DNA of 64,000 bases from Blastocystis sp. Blastoise (taxonomy: Eukaryota > Protista > Bigyra: Opalinata), in contig JBBPEB010000028.1 in assembly GCA_039096225.1 (NCBI GenBank), positions 806,001 to 870,000 of the forward strand, given 5' to 3'. The notes beneath the pieces are model-generated. The model saw nothing but the letters and a program-made list of their open reading frames with translations. It was not told where the DNA came from and ran no database searches. This document shows positions 28,379 to 42,512 of this stretch, one piece after another. Each line of letters opens with the position of its first letter. Position 1 is the first letter of the stretch. The translations under genes and the position numbers were made by a program.

Positions 28379-29000
28379 AGTATATATTTAACTGCTAATT
28401 TTATGTATACTAACCTAAACAGGTGAGTATCTTAAACAAATATTATTTTCAAAAATATCTCAACAAACTAGGTCATTTAATCAATTAATTCGTGAAACCT
28501 TTTTCATTTGTAACATAAAAGACTTAATCAAGGGAATTTCTTCTTTCTTGGTTTTTGGCACTTTTTTAACGGCGGTTTTTCATTTAAATTTTCTAATGTT
28601 GAGTTGTTGCTTCTTTTTCCATTAATTGAATTCTATGTGATTGTAACGTGATTCTCATATGATTTACTCTGATTTGAATATTTATTTGAAGGATTTGATG
28701 GATAATTGATGGCTTTCTTTTTAATTGAAGTTGTTTTATGAAGTGTTGAGATTCATTAGTTATGCAGCATAGAGCATAACTAATGAGTAATTATTTTATG
28801 AAAAGAAAATGGGTAGTTATTAATACTTTTTATACATTTTTTTTAGTTTACGACAAAAAAACTCTTCATATATTTTTCAAAGTTTTTTTAATTGTTTAAT
28901 AATAAATGAAATAGCAAATAATAGCAATAAGATCATATTTAAAGTATTGTTTGAAACCCTAATATAATATATAAATGTATTTATAGGAAGATATAAGTAT

Positions 29001-29728
29001 TTATAATGATTGTTCTTCATAAAAATCTTTATGTAAATTAAATAATCGAATTATTTCATTATAACTTAATGATTTTATATTTAAATTAGCCTAGAAGATA
29101 TATATTGAATTTAGAGTATTGATAGTTATATAAAATATATAAATTGTATTTATAGTATTATAGTATATAAAATATATATATAGTATATAAAATATATATA
29201 CAGTATATAGAATATATATAGAGTATATAGAATAGAATACTTTGAGTTTATTCATAATATTATGACGTATATTAATATCCATGTTATGTTGACTCTCTAT
29301 TGCATTCACAGCTGTAGCATAACCCATAAATTGACTTTTACTAAAACCAAATAAACTCACATAATCATTACAATATTGAAATGATTGTTGAGAAGAAGGA
29401 TGACAAAGCATATCGATTTGATTCTGAAGAATCTTTATCACGTGTTTTAACACTTGTATTTGTTGCTATATATATATATTAAAATGAATCAATAATGAAT
29501 ACTATATGAATATTATGAAAACAGTATAAAATAGAAAAGTATATAGATATATATATATACAATATCTTTAACAACACGATAAGTGACACAATCATAAAGA
29601 TATTTATCAATTTGAGTTGATATCGATGTATATATAGAGATTTGCATGTCTTTTGAGCATGTTTGAAGTACATATTGAATGTGAACACCATGTATTAAGA
29701 AATATATATACAGTAGTAGAACAGAGAG

Positions 29729-29762
<34 letters not shown>

Positions 29763-31233
29763 AATAGAGAGATAAAGTGTATAAATAAGTTATAGAGATA
29801 TAATATAAGGATATAAATAGAGAGAGATGAAGTATACAGTCTGAAAGGAATGGAGGAATATAATAACCAATATAAAGAGTTTTATTTTCTGAAGATAAAC
29901 TATCGAAATAGGATGATATATAGAGTTGAATATCACTCTTAAAGTGAGTCATACATTCTGATGCTATAGAAGAGAGGAGTGAGATATATAATAGCAAGAA
30001 TGAAGAAAGAGAATAAACAATAAGAAGAAGAATGAAGAAAAAGATGAAAGAGAATATATTATAACAACAATAATAAGAAGAAGAAAGACGAAAAAAATAT
30101 AAATATCTACATACTCATAGAATCGACTATTGTATTATATATAGCATGTAATTCATTGATGAAGGGTTTAAAGAGATCGAAATCATTTGAAATGGCTGCA
30201 TCATTAGTGGCGGCAGAAACAGAAGAAGGTGCGTCATCAGTAGACTTATTTTTATTTGTAGATAATGTTGAATATAATGATTTAAACATACTCTATATAT
30301 AATAAATATATATATAATAAATATATATATAATAAATATATATATATACAGAAATGGAAGACATAGTAGATTTGCCATAGAATTTCTATATATATAAAGA
30401 GAAATATATTATTATATATACAAGTAAAGAAGACACGGATTGATCATTTTTCTATAAATATAATAATAAACATAATATAGAATCATATATTATCTATTAA
30501 AACAGTATACTTGATATATAAATATAATAAATAATTATATATTCATATACATTGGATTCTGAATATTTCTGAATGTTGATGAATATATCTTGTTTGGATA
30601 TATCTTCAAGAAAATGAAGAAGAAGAAGAGCTGACTGAGAAAGACTACTCTCCAAACCAAAGATAGAACTACTATTATTATTCATATATATATTAGCCAT
30701 TGAGAATGAAGTATCAAGGAAGGGATCGCTGTTAGGGATTGAAAGAGGGTTTTCTAACGGTAAGGAGGGATCCATTGTTGAAGTAAATAGAAGCGTATAT
30801 CCGTTACCAAAGTTGAGTGCGTCATGAGCTTTTATAATACGGGAGATTATTCTATAGAAAGAAAAGGAGATATATATAATTATATTTATAATAGATATAA
30901 TAATATATTTAGTATTTTAATAATTATATGATTATATGTAATTATATTTATAATTGATATGATAATATATTATTATTGTAATAATTATATGATTACAATA
31001 TAGACTATAGTAAATATATATATATATACTGATTAAGTAGAGGAAGATACACTGTGCAGAAATATTCGATTTGTTTATTAATATCATTAAGAACTTCAAG
31101 TTGATGGAATACTTGACTTAGCATATATAAGAATAACTATATATATATATTTAAATAATAATAATAATAATATATATATATATATAGAATAGATATATAT
31201 ACAGTAATACAAGTAGGAGACGATCGTTCATCA

Positions 31234-31273
<40 letters not shown>

Positions 31274-33436
31274 TATATGTATACCTTCTAAGGGAACTGT
31301 ATTCCAATAATTGGGGATATATATAGTTTTGGAGGCGGGAAGAAGGATGGAGGCAGTACTCGGATCCTCCTCTTTAAAGGAGAATATAGAAGAAGTAATA
31401 GACATAAAGTGAAGGAGATCTGAGGATAACCATACAGAGAAATACTATATATATTCATTATAAGAAAGAATAATAAATAATAATAGAAATACCTTATCTT
31501 CCATAAAAATATTCATAATTGAGAAATCAGTTGTTTCAATAGATATATCGACTAAAGAAGAAAGTTTTTTTTCAAATAGATTTGCTTCTTTCAGCATATT
31601 TAAGAAGTATTCAGCATCTAAAGATAAAGATATTCATAATAATAATAATGGTATTCAATAGATATAAAGAAAAGGGACAGAAATCATACCTTCATTAGTA
31701 ATAGCATGATAATCCCCCTTATAATGGCCAATAATATCGTTTAAATCCTTGTAGACACGTGTCTGGAGTGATTTATAAATCAATTGAATATAATGTTCCT
31801 ATAAGTATATATATAGAATAATAGTATAAGATAATAGTTATATATATATATAGGAGACATTAGGAGTATACAGTGATATATGTTTAAAGAGATATATTGA
31901 TTATCAATAGTTATATATATATATATAATATACTGTGATGATACGCATGGTGCGTCGATCTGTGACGAGTAGAGGGAAGAGAGAGGAGGAAAGGAAGGAG
32001 ATATTATTATTCATAAGGGTATATACCCAATCAAAATAACTATATATAATAGGAGATATATAGCATATATATATGTATATATATACATATCTGGCTTATC
32101 AAAGGATACTTGAGAGTATTCAGACAAGAAATGATGTTGAAAACGAATAGTAAAGGAGGATAATAATACCTATATAATATATTATTATATTATTATTATT
32201 ATACATATATATACTTCAAACACATAATCAGTTGATTTTAAAGGAGATTCTTCTTCTAGTGTCGATGGAGCCAGTTTCTCCTGAATGATAATAATATCGT
32301 CAATTGCTGATTTCAAAGAATCCAGCTGTTCCTAATATATATATATATATATATAGATTATAGAATAAAATAGAATATACATACAGAACTAATTCTTTCC
32401 TGAGAGGTTTCAGAGAGAGGGTAATTACATCTATATAATAATATACCTGATACATATATATATACTGTTTTAATATTGCTTTGAGTTGATTTTGTCCTTG
32501 AGTTTTAATTTCATTATGTATATACTTAAATCGTTGAGATATGCACGTCTATATACAGTTATTATTACAATATATATTAGAATATTTATTGAATAAATTG
32601 AAATACACAATATAAGTATCATTAATACCTTATAAATTGAAATACAGATTATTATTATAATAAAAGTATAAGAATCACTAAGAAAGTGTAATACATATAT
32701 ATATATATATACAACAATTTCTGTTTTATCATCTAGGATTTTATCGATATGACTTTGTGCATAAAGTTCTTTTGTATTCCCAAAGGTAGCGAGAGCGTTC
32801 ATATATTTTCCGTCAACTAATAATTGACGACAGACTTCGGTTTGAGATAATATATTCTGTATAGTAACTGCAAAAGAAAGACGTAAAACACATCTCTAAG
32901 GAGGAATATTTATAGATATTTATATAAAGAGAAAGAATATATATACATTATAATCACGAGCTGCTGATAATAATTCATTTTGATTGTCATTTGATGATAG
33001 TAAAATTTGATTAAACTGTTCTGTAAATGCTCTTTATAATATAAAAAAAAATTAAATAAATAATATATATATAATAATTTCAAATATACTCTATGTTAAC
33101 ATGATTTTTCTTATAAAAACTAGTTTGTTCTATCATGGCTTTCAAGATTTCCTCTTTAAGAGCATCCATTTCTGCTTTCATTTCATTCCTTTTAACATTT
33201 ATATCTTCATAATGGTGTTGAATATCCGGTAAAATCTTTAGAACCTCATCCATCACAGGATAATTCTGCTCATTTGTTGGATCATCAATTGGAAACAGAG
33301 TTTCAAAGTATCTATATCATGAACATCACAAATAAATGCATTTTATATTTAAAAAAATATACTCTTTCACTTGAAATCTACCATTTTCATCTTTTTTATG
33401 TAGTAATTCGATACAATCAAGCTTTTCTGAAGGCAT
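29001..33436 (-). CDS. Exocyst subunit Sec8/EXOC4-like, many exons
   Basis: N-terminal coiled coil, QLLVDGKYMNA; C-terminal SECMTHFKSDIQLYISSYF, PPFLSDCILHLSLF|IQY, IKILQNQI, FQYCNDYVSL and LSYNEIIRLFNL align by eye with the EXOC4 C-terminus; ATG 33436, TAA 29001-29003. Confidence 0.62.
29681..29814 (-). other. U12-type AT-AC intron in the Sec8-like gene
   Basis: 5' ATATCCTTA (canonical U12 donor), branch-like TTTCTTAAT 13 nt before the intron end, terminal CAC; phase-0 join is open; no AG is available in this interval. Confidence 0.85.
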
Positions 33437-34302
33437 GCTTATCGCTTCTCAAATAAAATATATCAAAGAATGAAGAAATAAGTAGTTTGTCGTTTATAAA
33501 AAAAACCGAGATTTTATTTGTATTTTGACTTGCTTATAAAATAAAATCAGAAAAATGTATTATATATAATTTTTGCTCTTATTCTATTATTCTTTTCAAT
33601 ATTAATTAATTATTACTATTTCAAGACTTGATTGACTTATGAAAATATATATATTAAAAATAATTCTGAGAGAAAACCACATAAATTAATTGTTAGCACT
33701 ATTTATATATAATTATTATTGTAAGATTTCTTATACTATGTTATATCCTCATTTATATCTATTAGAATTATTTATTATTTATTTTTAACACATGAATCAA
33801 ATATATGTGACTCGTGTATACTCTCTAATTGTCACGATAATAATATATTTGCTTTGTATGAATAAATAAGAAAACAAATACTTAAAAATATTTTCATTAA
33901 AAGATAGAGAAGATAGTTTGTAATGCATTTTGTGTAAATCGTTAACATATTGAAGATTGTGTATTGATAGTTATTTATTTGAAATAACATGATTCTATTA
34001 AATAAAGTGATAAATATATAGGTTATAGTTATTATGCTTAGCTAGAAAAATCTCAAAATAGGTTTCTTAAAAGGAATTATATTATGTAAAAAAATAATTA
34101 TTCTTATTGAATATTATATAAATAGATGCTTAATAAAGAAACAAAATAGTGAGTATTATAAAATATGAATGATATCGATATTCATGTACACGAAGAAATA
34201 GAGTAAATGAAAATGATAATTAGAAAATAAATATATATATATATAGAATGAAAATTACTGTATATAATAAAAAGTCTAGATATATATATATATATATATA
34301 AT

Positions 34303-35917
34303 TTAGAGAGCATCGACTTCTTTGACAACATCTTCTGCAACTCCCATAACAAGACTAATAAGGGCCATTCTCGTAAACATACCGTTTTCCATTTCTCTAA
34401 AGAAGGCAGCTTGAGGCATATGATCAATAGATTCAAGGATCTCACCAATACGAGGAAGAGGGTGCATTACACGCTATAGATATAGATATATATAGATATA
34501 GATATATAGATATAGATATAGATATATAGATATATGTAGATATACAATAAATGTTTATATGTTTAGAATAGATTTATAATATATGTAGATATACAATATA
34601 TATTTATAAAAATTAAAAAGAATGTTAATAATATTATGATTTATAATAATATTAATATATTTTTATATAAATACTAAATAAAAATATATATGAATAATAT
34701 TAATATATTTATATATATATACAACAGTAGATTTACACTTGGCAAGAGTATCAGGTCCAATGATATATACACCATGATACTTCTTATATTCCTCTTGAGA
34801 TTCAAATCTCTCCTATTTATATATATAAATCATATTAATGATATTTAGTTATTATATATAAAAAAATATTGAAAAAAGATCATAATATATAGAAAGAAAA
34901 CTATAATAAACAGAGAATGATTTACAAAAATAAAACAAAATAAAACAATAATAATATTTATATACTTGTTGAACTCTGGTGACATATAAGATATCGGTTT
35001 CTGCTAAGATATCATCCGATAAGACTTCCGTCTTATGTTGTTGAATGCCCTTGGCAGCTACTTCATTATATACTTCATCAGGCATTTGAAGCTTATTAGG
35101 AGCAACATAATTCAATTTTACCTATATATATAATAATCATAATAATAATAATAATTCTTTAATAATACTAAAATCATTAAATAACTATAGTAGTATTAAA
35201 AAAAACAGATATAGCAATACTAAAATAAAATTAAATACAACATTTCTAAAATAAAACATATCTAACATATATAATTAAGAATTTCTTTTAATAAAGAGTA
35301 TACTACGATCAATAGTTATAGAAATACATTATAGAAAGCTAATAATCTAGCAAGAGAGTGAACAGTACGACCATATAAAAGATCACCGACCATAGTTACA
35401 GTAATACCTTCAATATGACCAATTTCTTTATTAATAGTAACAAGATCAAGGAGAGCTTGAGAAGGATGTTCACCAGCACCATCACCAGCATTTAAGAAAG
35501 GTTTTTCTAAATATTTAGAAGCAATTGAAGCAGCTCCGGTCATAGGATGACGAAGAACGATGCAATCAGCATAACATTGAACGCATCTCATAGTATCTTG
35601 AAGAGTCTCACCCTTCTTAGTAGAAGAAGTATCAGCACCAACAGAAACAACTTTACCACCAAGACGCATGAAAGCAGTGGCAAAAGAAGAAGCAGTACGA
35701 GTTGAAGGTTCTAAGAAAACATTGGCAAGAATACGATGATGAAGAATATCGGAGCCACCTTGTTTGGCAACAAGATCTCTCATTTTTTCAGCAACGTAGA
35801 TAACTTCCTCGCAGTTTTGTTTAGTAAGAGGTTTGACGGAAATTACATGCTTTCCTTTCCAAGAAGATAAATCGTACTAAGAATATTATATAGCTCTACA
35901 AGAATACATACACTCAT
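34303..35917 (-). CDS. pyrB: Aspartate carbamoyltransferase, standalone
   Basis: FLEPSTRT, KKGETLQDT, VLRHP, NAGDGAGEHPSQALLD, VGDLLYGRTVHSL, YVTRVQ, MHPLPR; own ATG 35917 and TAA 34303-34305. Confidence 0.95.
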
Positions 35918-36451
35918 CTTAACACAGTTTTAAAGGTATAATATGGCTATATTTCAAAAAATATATGATCAAGTAAAGGAAAACCACAGAGAAACAATAT
36001 CTGACGCACCTTTTTATCACAGAATCTCCTGGATCATTGGATGAACGAGAAATGACTTGTCTTCATTGGCTCATGAATAGTCAGTTGTAACTTCTTGAAA
36101 AGAGTCTGAATGTAAAATCATACTTTATCTGAAAAAATGCATAGTATGTTTTAATGAACAATCATATTCTTTACTTATTTACTACAATGAAAGAAACGCA
36201 TATAGTTATAAATGAATACAAATTGTTTTTAAATTAATTTTTATTGCTTTATTGTGAGTATTTTAAATTTTAAACAATTGTCATTGTTGTCATGTTCATA
36301 GAAGTTATTTATCTTATTAAAAAATCAAGCCTAGAGTCATATATATATGAATCAAACATAAGACAGTTCTTTTTTTATAGATTTAATGAATATAAAATAA
36401 AGAAAAAGTCATTCTCAAGTTAAAAAAAAGTTTTACCAAGAACACTTAAGA

Positions 36452-38396
36452 ATGTCCTCTGCTCTTCAAATATTCAATGCCTTAAAATCAAGAGGACTCA
36501 TTTCTCAATTTACGCCTACAATTGAAGAGACTTTAAGAACATTTGGTTCGAATTCATCCATCTATCTTGGTATAGATCCAACAGGTGATGGTCTTCATAT
36601 TGGACACTATCTTTCTGCAAAGGTTCTTAAATCATTTCAAGAAACAAAAGCAAAATGCATTTGTTTGGTATGTATTGTTAGTATGATATTTATATATTTT
36701 TAATGTTATTCACTAGTTAAACCAAGTCTATGTTTAATGATTTATCTTTCATTACATATATAGTATTATTTAGTTCATTATTGTTGTATTTAGGTTGGTG
36801 GTACTACAGCACAGATTGGTGATCCAAGTGGGAAGTTTGTTGAACGACCCTGTTTGGAATATGAGCAAGTTGAAAAGAATATAGAAAAGATTAAAGGAGA
36901 TCTTGAACTTTTACATATAGATTCTCAGTCAGTTCAATTAGTGAATAATATGGATTGGTATAAGAATATGGGTATTGTTGAATTTCTTAGAGATATTGGA
37001 AAGTATATATATATATATTTTTTGTTATTATTATTGTGTTTTTTTATATATTTTTTGTTTCTTTCATCAACATATAAAAATTCTTCTTCTTTTTCTTGTA
37101 GGAATGTTCGTGTGAATGCAATGATGAATAGAGAGAGTGTTTCTGCTCGATTAAATAGTTCTACTGGTATTTCATTTACAGAATTCTCATATCAACTTCT
37201 TCAAGCCTATGATTTTTATTATTTAAATAAGAAATATAATTGTACACTACAAATTGGAGGGAATGATCAATGGGGAAATATAACAGCTGGATGTGATCTT
37301 ATACGAAAATTGACAAATCAAGTATATATATTTTTAATAATTCTATCCATTTAATTTATTTTTTTAAAGGATCTATTATATGTATAGTATATTTATTATG
37401 TGTATTATTATGTTCTATTTTTCTTTTTTATATTCCTATATTTTTTCTTATAGAATGTAAACGGTGTTACAGTCCCTCTCATAACAACAGCAAATGGACA
37501 AAAAATTGGGAAAAGCGCGGGGAACTGCATTTATTTGAATCCTCAGAAAACAAGTCACTATGATTTTTATCAATATTTCTTGCAATTAACAGATGAAGAT
37601 GGAGAGAAATTCTTGCCTTATTATACAGATTTACCAGATAAAGAGATTCAGGAGATTATTATGGAACATCGAAAGACACCTGAAAATAGACTAGTTCAAA
37701 AAACAATTGCAAGTATATATTCTTTATTTATTTATATATATGTATATATTATTTAATATTTTTCAATCAATTTTATATGTATAGAAAGTTTAATTACTGA
37801 GATTCGTGGAGAAGAAGCATATAGGATTGCTTCTGCTGTATATAAATATTAGTTTTATTTACATATATGTTTATTTACTTATAATATTGTATTTATTTAT
37901 ATTCTTTTAATTATAAATTAAATATTTGTATATATTATTCTATAGTGTACAGATATTCTCTTTAAACGTATCTACGATAACATTACTATAGAAGAAATAG
38001 AGCCCTATTTGAATGAATTACCTGCTTTTGAAATACCTTACGAGAATATAAAAGACAAAAAATTATTAGATGTTTTATTTCAATGTAAATTTGGTCCTTC
38101 TAAAAGTATATTTTTAAAGTTTATATATATATAATATTCTTTATAAACTAATAACTTTTATATAACAAATAAATTAGATTTTATAATTATGTTCAATAAT
38201 CAGAATAACTATTATTATAATTATAATACTATATATAAAAGATATTCAGCGAGTTATTAAGAGTGGTGGTTTGTCTTTAAACAATCAAATAGTGAAAGAT
38301 CATCTATATACATTAAAAGAAAGTGATATTATTGCACATAAATGGCTCTATGTAAAACGAGGCAAAAGACAAGTCCTCATTATTCGTGTTATCTAA
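36452..38396 (+). CDS. YARS2: Tyrosyl-tRNA synthetase, bacterial/mitochondrial type
   Basis: YLGIDPTGDGLHIGH, GGTTAQIGDPSGK, FTEFSYQLLQAYDF, QIGGNDQWGNI, KIGKS, S4-like tail ending KRGKRQ; TAA 38394-38396. Confidence 0.95.
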
Positions 38397-39548
38397 GTTA
38401 TTCTTATTCTAGTTTGTGTTTGTGTTTTTTTTTAATAACTTTTATACTTTATGTATTTTATTCTATTATTAATATATATCAAATCATCGAAAAACACAGA
38501 ATATATTTAAAAAAAGAATGAAATAACAATAATCATAGAGTTATTTTTTTCTATAACTCATCTCCTTTTTATTTCTATCGTTACTATTGTTTATAGATGT
38601 TTTCTAGTTATTATTATATTAGAATATATTCGTTATATATATAGCTCTCTATAATTATTTAGTTTAAGCATTTATCAGTGCTATCAATCCAATTATATTT
38701 TTGAAATCATACTTTTTTATCCAGAAATCCCTGAAATGTATGACTTTTACTATTTAAGACTATAAATTGAGTAATAGAGTAAAGGAACATCGATATATAG
38801 ATAGGATATTTCATTATTTCATAATCAGATATATAGAATATGAAATAAGACTTTCAACGAATAACTATATACATAATAAATCAAGGAAATCCACATTTTT
38901 AATTTGAATAATGATTTAAATTTTTGTTTAATTAATTCTCTAAGTAACTACGAACCATTTTAAATCAGAATTATAATTACCAAAGACGAAGAGTGGAAAA
39001 AATTAAAGTAATCAGTATTATAAATATATTTAAACTATTTAATTTTACTCACCATCATATTATACAATTATTTCATGTACTAGGTCTCATTATTATAACA
39101 GTCTTGTTCTTCATGACTACCTAATTCTGTTTGTCACATGATATTTCTATCTCATAGAATACAAAAAGCAACTTATATGACTTAACAGTATACAAAGCAT
39201 ATTAAATAATAATATTAAACATAATAAACATTAAAATATTAGCTGAAAAAAATTTTGTCACAAAAAAATGATTTGTATTAATCTTTTTTTTATTATATAT
39301 TAATTAATTATATTTTATTTTAGAATATTTAAAATAGTAGAGATAGAAAATATCATCTTGTTTTTGTATATAAACAAACTTTTTTTACAGATATCGCCAG
39401 CATTATTTCAAAATAACTTTAAGTAAGCTGAATCTCATTTAAGTTCACTCAGTAACATACAAATTAAATAAAATAAAACCTCAATATATACTTTCTTCAA
39501 TAATAGTAACAAAAAAAGATCTGAGTGAAATAAAAAATAATAAAAATT

Positions 39549-39619
39549 TGCACCAGCCGGGAATCGAACCCGGGTCTGTTCCGTGGCAGGGAACTATCTT
39601 ACCACTGGACCACTGGTGC
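39549..39619 (-). tRNA. tRNA-Gly (GCC)
   Basis: GCACCAG/CTGGTGC acceptor stem, D loop CAGTGGTA, anticodon loop CTGCCAC, T loop GGTTCGATTCC, followed closely by T tracts. Confidence 0.97.
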
Positions 39620-41019
39620 ATATTGAGTTATTCAAATCTTATCTATTTGAGTAAGCCACTATCAAATAATAGCTATCTTTTGTTCATATATATTCCTATA
39701 TATTAATATTTTAACGCTAAAGCTAATAAAATAATTAGATTAACATATTTAGATGTACAAAAGCACAAAAACCTAATATAAAAGCTGATAATTAAATATT
39801 TATGACCTTTTAGAACGTCTGATAGATAGAAACGGTAATTTTCTGTAATGGTCACTCTTAAAACACAAAATACCTTTGAGACTAATAGTTATCTACTATT
39901 CCAGAATTATTAAAATATCTTTCTTCCTCTCTTCTATCGACTCTCCATAAAAATGAATTGAAAAAAGGTCAATTAGCTTATGTAAACAGTAATAATAATA
40001 TACACAATCAATAGATACATCAACAGTAATTATAATTAGAACAGTTGCCAAATATAGACAATATATAGAGGTATATATAGATTATTATTAATAATATATT
40101 TGATAAAAAAGTATACATATATAATACTTTAATATATATATACGTATTATAAAGGCAGAGTTATGTTTCATTTGATGAGATGCTATTTAAATCACAATCA
40201 TATTTTCTCTTCTTACAAGCTATTTTCCAGCACTTATTAAAATAATTTAATTAAATTATTTTTTGATCTAATTTATTTATTTGATATATATTGAATTGCT
40301 ATAAAATTCTTTGTATTACTCACTTTTTGGACAGGAGTAATTTATTTTGAATGATATTGGTATTATTATATTTTTTGTTTAATAATTTCGTTAGAATTCC
40401 TGTATGACTTATTTGTTTCATCTTCTTATAATGTAAGTATATATTAATAATCAAATAGATTTAATAAACAACTAACTATTATTTATATAATTTAAGCACA
40501 ACACTCTTTTTATGAATTATTATAGTTAATCCTATTGAGTTGCATCTTTTTGTTACCATCTTATAATTTACATTGAGTTTCATCCTCTCTAATAGATAAC
40601 AGCAATTTAATTAAAACCATTTTAATAAGTTCTTTAAGTTATAATTAATAAAGATTTATTAGACATATCTTATTATACATACAGTGATTTATTTATGTTT
40701 TATCATTTCTATTCTTCACATAATTAGATTACTTATATATACATTGTTTCTATAATAATAATCTCAGGATAAACGTATTGTAATTCTTCTGTATATTTAT
40801 ATAACATATTTATCTACTAGTTATCTATATTTTCAACAAAAACAATCAAGAATTCAATATCAACATCAACATATATATAATCTTATAACTTATAATAAAA
40901 ATTAAATCAGTTTGAAAATGGACGGAAACAATAGCAAATAAAATGATTGTTAAAGGTAATAATATATAATTTTTAATCAATGAATAATAAAATATTAGCA
41001 TCTCATTTAGAATATTTTA

Positions 41020-41391
41020 TTATTACAATCACTAGAAGTTCCTTGTGTACCAGTAAATTGTATGTCATAGCGATTTTAAGGCACAGAGAAGTTTCTTTTA
41101 ATTTAATTAATTTGCTAATAATCTCACTGCCCATAGAAGCATCAACACAACCTAGACTTACTAGATTTGCTTTGGTAAAAAGAACATCAAATTAAACAAA
41201 TAGAATGGCAACATCTGGAACTAAAGAAGCCGTTATAAAAGAATATTATTTACTAAATTTTCTTATATTTAAATGTCTTACGACCGAGGCATTTTGAGTT
41301 CAGTAGTAACAATTCTTGAGGCAATTTTTAAGATTTCTTATGAAGCAGTCTTATCTACAACGAAATCTGAAATATTTTGAAGTAGAACCAT
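41020..41391 (-). pseudogene. MIF/tautomerase-like pseudogene
   Basis: MVLLQNISDFVVDKTAS*EILKIASRIVTTELKMPRS|gtaag..; ASLVPDVAILFV*FDVLFTKANLVSLGCVD..; frameshift; SVP*NRYDIQFTGTQG; three stops, lost Pro1, damaged acceptor. Confidence 0.7.
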
Positions 41392-41671
41392 TCTTTCGAA
41401 TTATTTGTTGAAGACAGAATACCAAATAAGCAATTGTTTTAAATACTGAAGATATGATCATAAGAATTTGTTTCTTTTGAATCACTATTTGATTTCTATA
41501 GGAGACTTCATCTATGAAAACGAAATAATTTTAAGTTATATTGAGTTTATGGATATAAAAGAATAAAAAAAATAAAAGACTTTTGGTATTTCTTGGAAAA
41601 CTTGAGAATGAAAGGGAAAATATAAAAATCTCCAAAACAGTGATTTTTTTTCTTCGAAAAAGTAATTACGT

Positions 41672-42445
41672 ATGGATATTGAAGCAAAAACTTCGAATAG
41701 GATTGTGAATGTGTTATCTTATTAGATGGAATATGAAGACCAATAAAATAACATACTAAAGTAATCGAATTAATGCTTTATCTGTAGTTATTGAATGCTA
41801 GTCTATTGATTAGAATCAAAATAAGTATGAATATTGATACAATTGATGTTAACCCTGTCTTGACATATATAGAAATAAAGATGCTTCTGAAGATGTTGAA
41901 GAGTTGTACATATGAATCCAGAATTGGGACATTGATATCTCAGATAGACTTGATCACTCTGTGCATAAGAAAGGAGTTATATACAACTTTTTGTTAAGGA
42001 GGTATTTATTCAATTTTTGTTTTTATTTTTATTCTAGAGATCTTGAAGTCATTAAGGATAATAAAACATTACAAGTTATTATGGAAAAATATCAGAAACA
42101 ATTTACACGAACATATTTTTATTTCTTTGAAATTCTTAATTGGAATATATAGTTATATGAAGAAGATTTTACTGTAAAGGAATTGACTGCAAAAATGTTT
42201 CTTAAAAAGGTCGATTAACAATTTAATTGAAGAGTTTTATAACGGAGATTGATTAAATTGAAACCTATTGAAAATATAAAGAAATAATTGTATATCTCTA
42301 ATTATCATATTTATTATAAATATAAATAATTGTAAATATTTCTATATATGCATAGTATTATCTTTAATATATAGATAACAGATGAAGATGTATATGTTTT
42401 AATATAAAGTGACATAAAAAATGATTAGCCGAAATCAATTTTTCA

Positions 42446-42512
<67 letters not shown>

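Noticed and set aside
28560-28580. MSA/MYB-like AACGG element upstream of the PSTAIRE CDK
   Set aside because: Single 5-6 bp match, not distinguishable from chance
38106-38241. Possible non-AG acceptor in the last TyrRS intron
   Set aside because: An in-frame AAG acceptor exists and AAG acceptors are used elsewhere in the window; only a one-residue alignment argument favours the alternative
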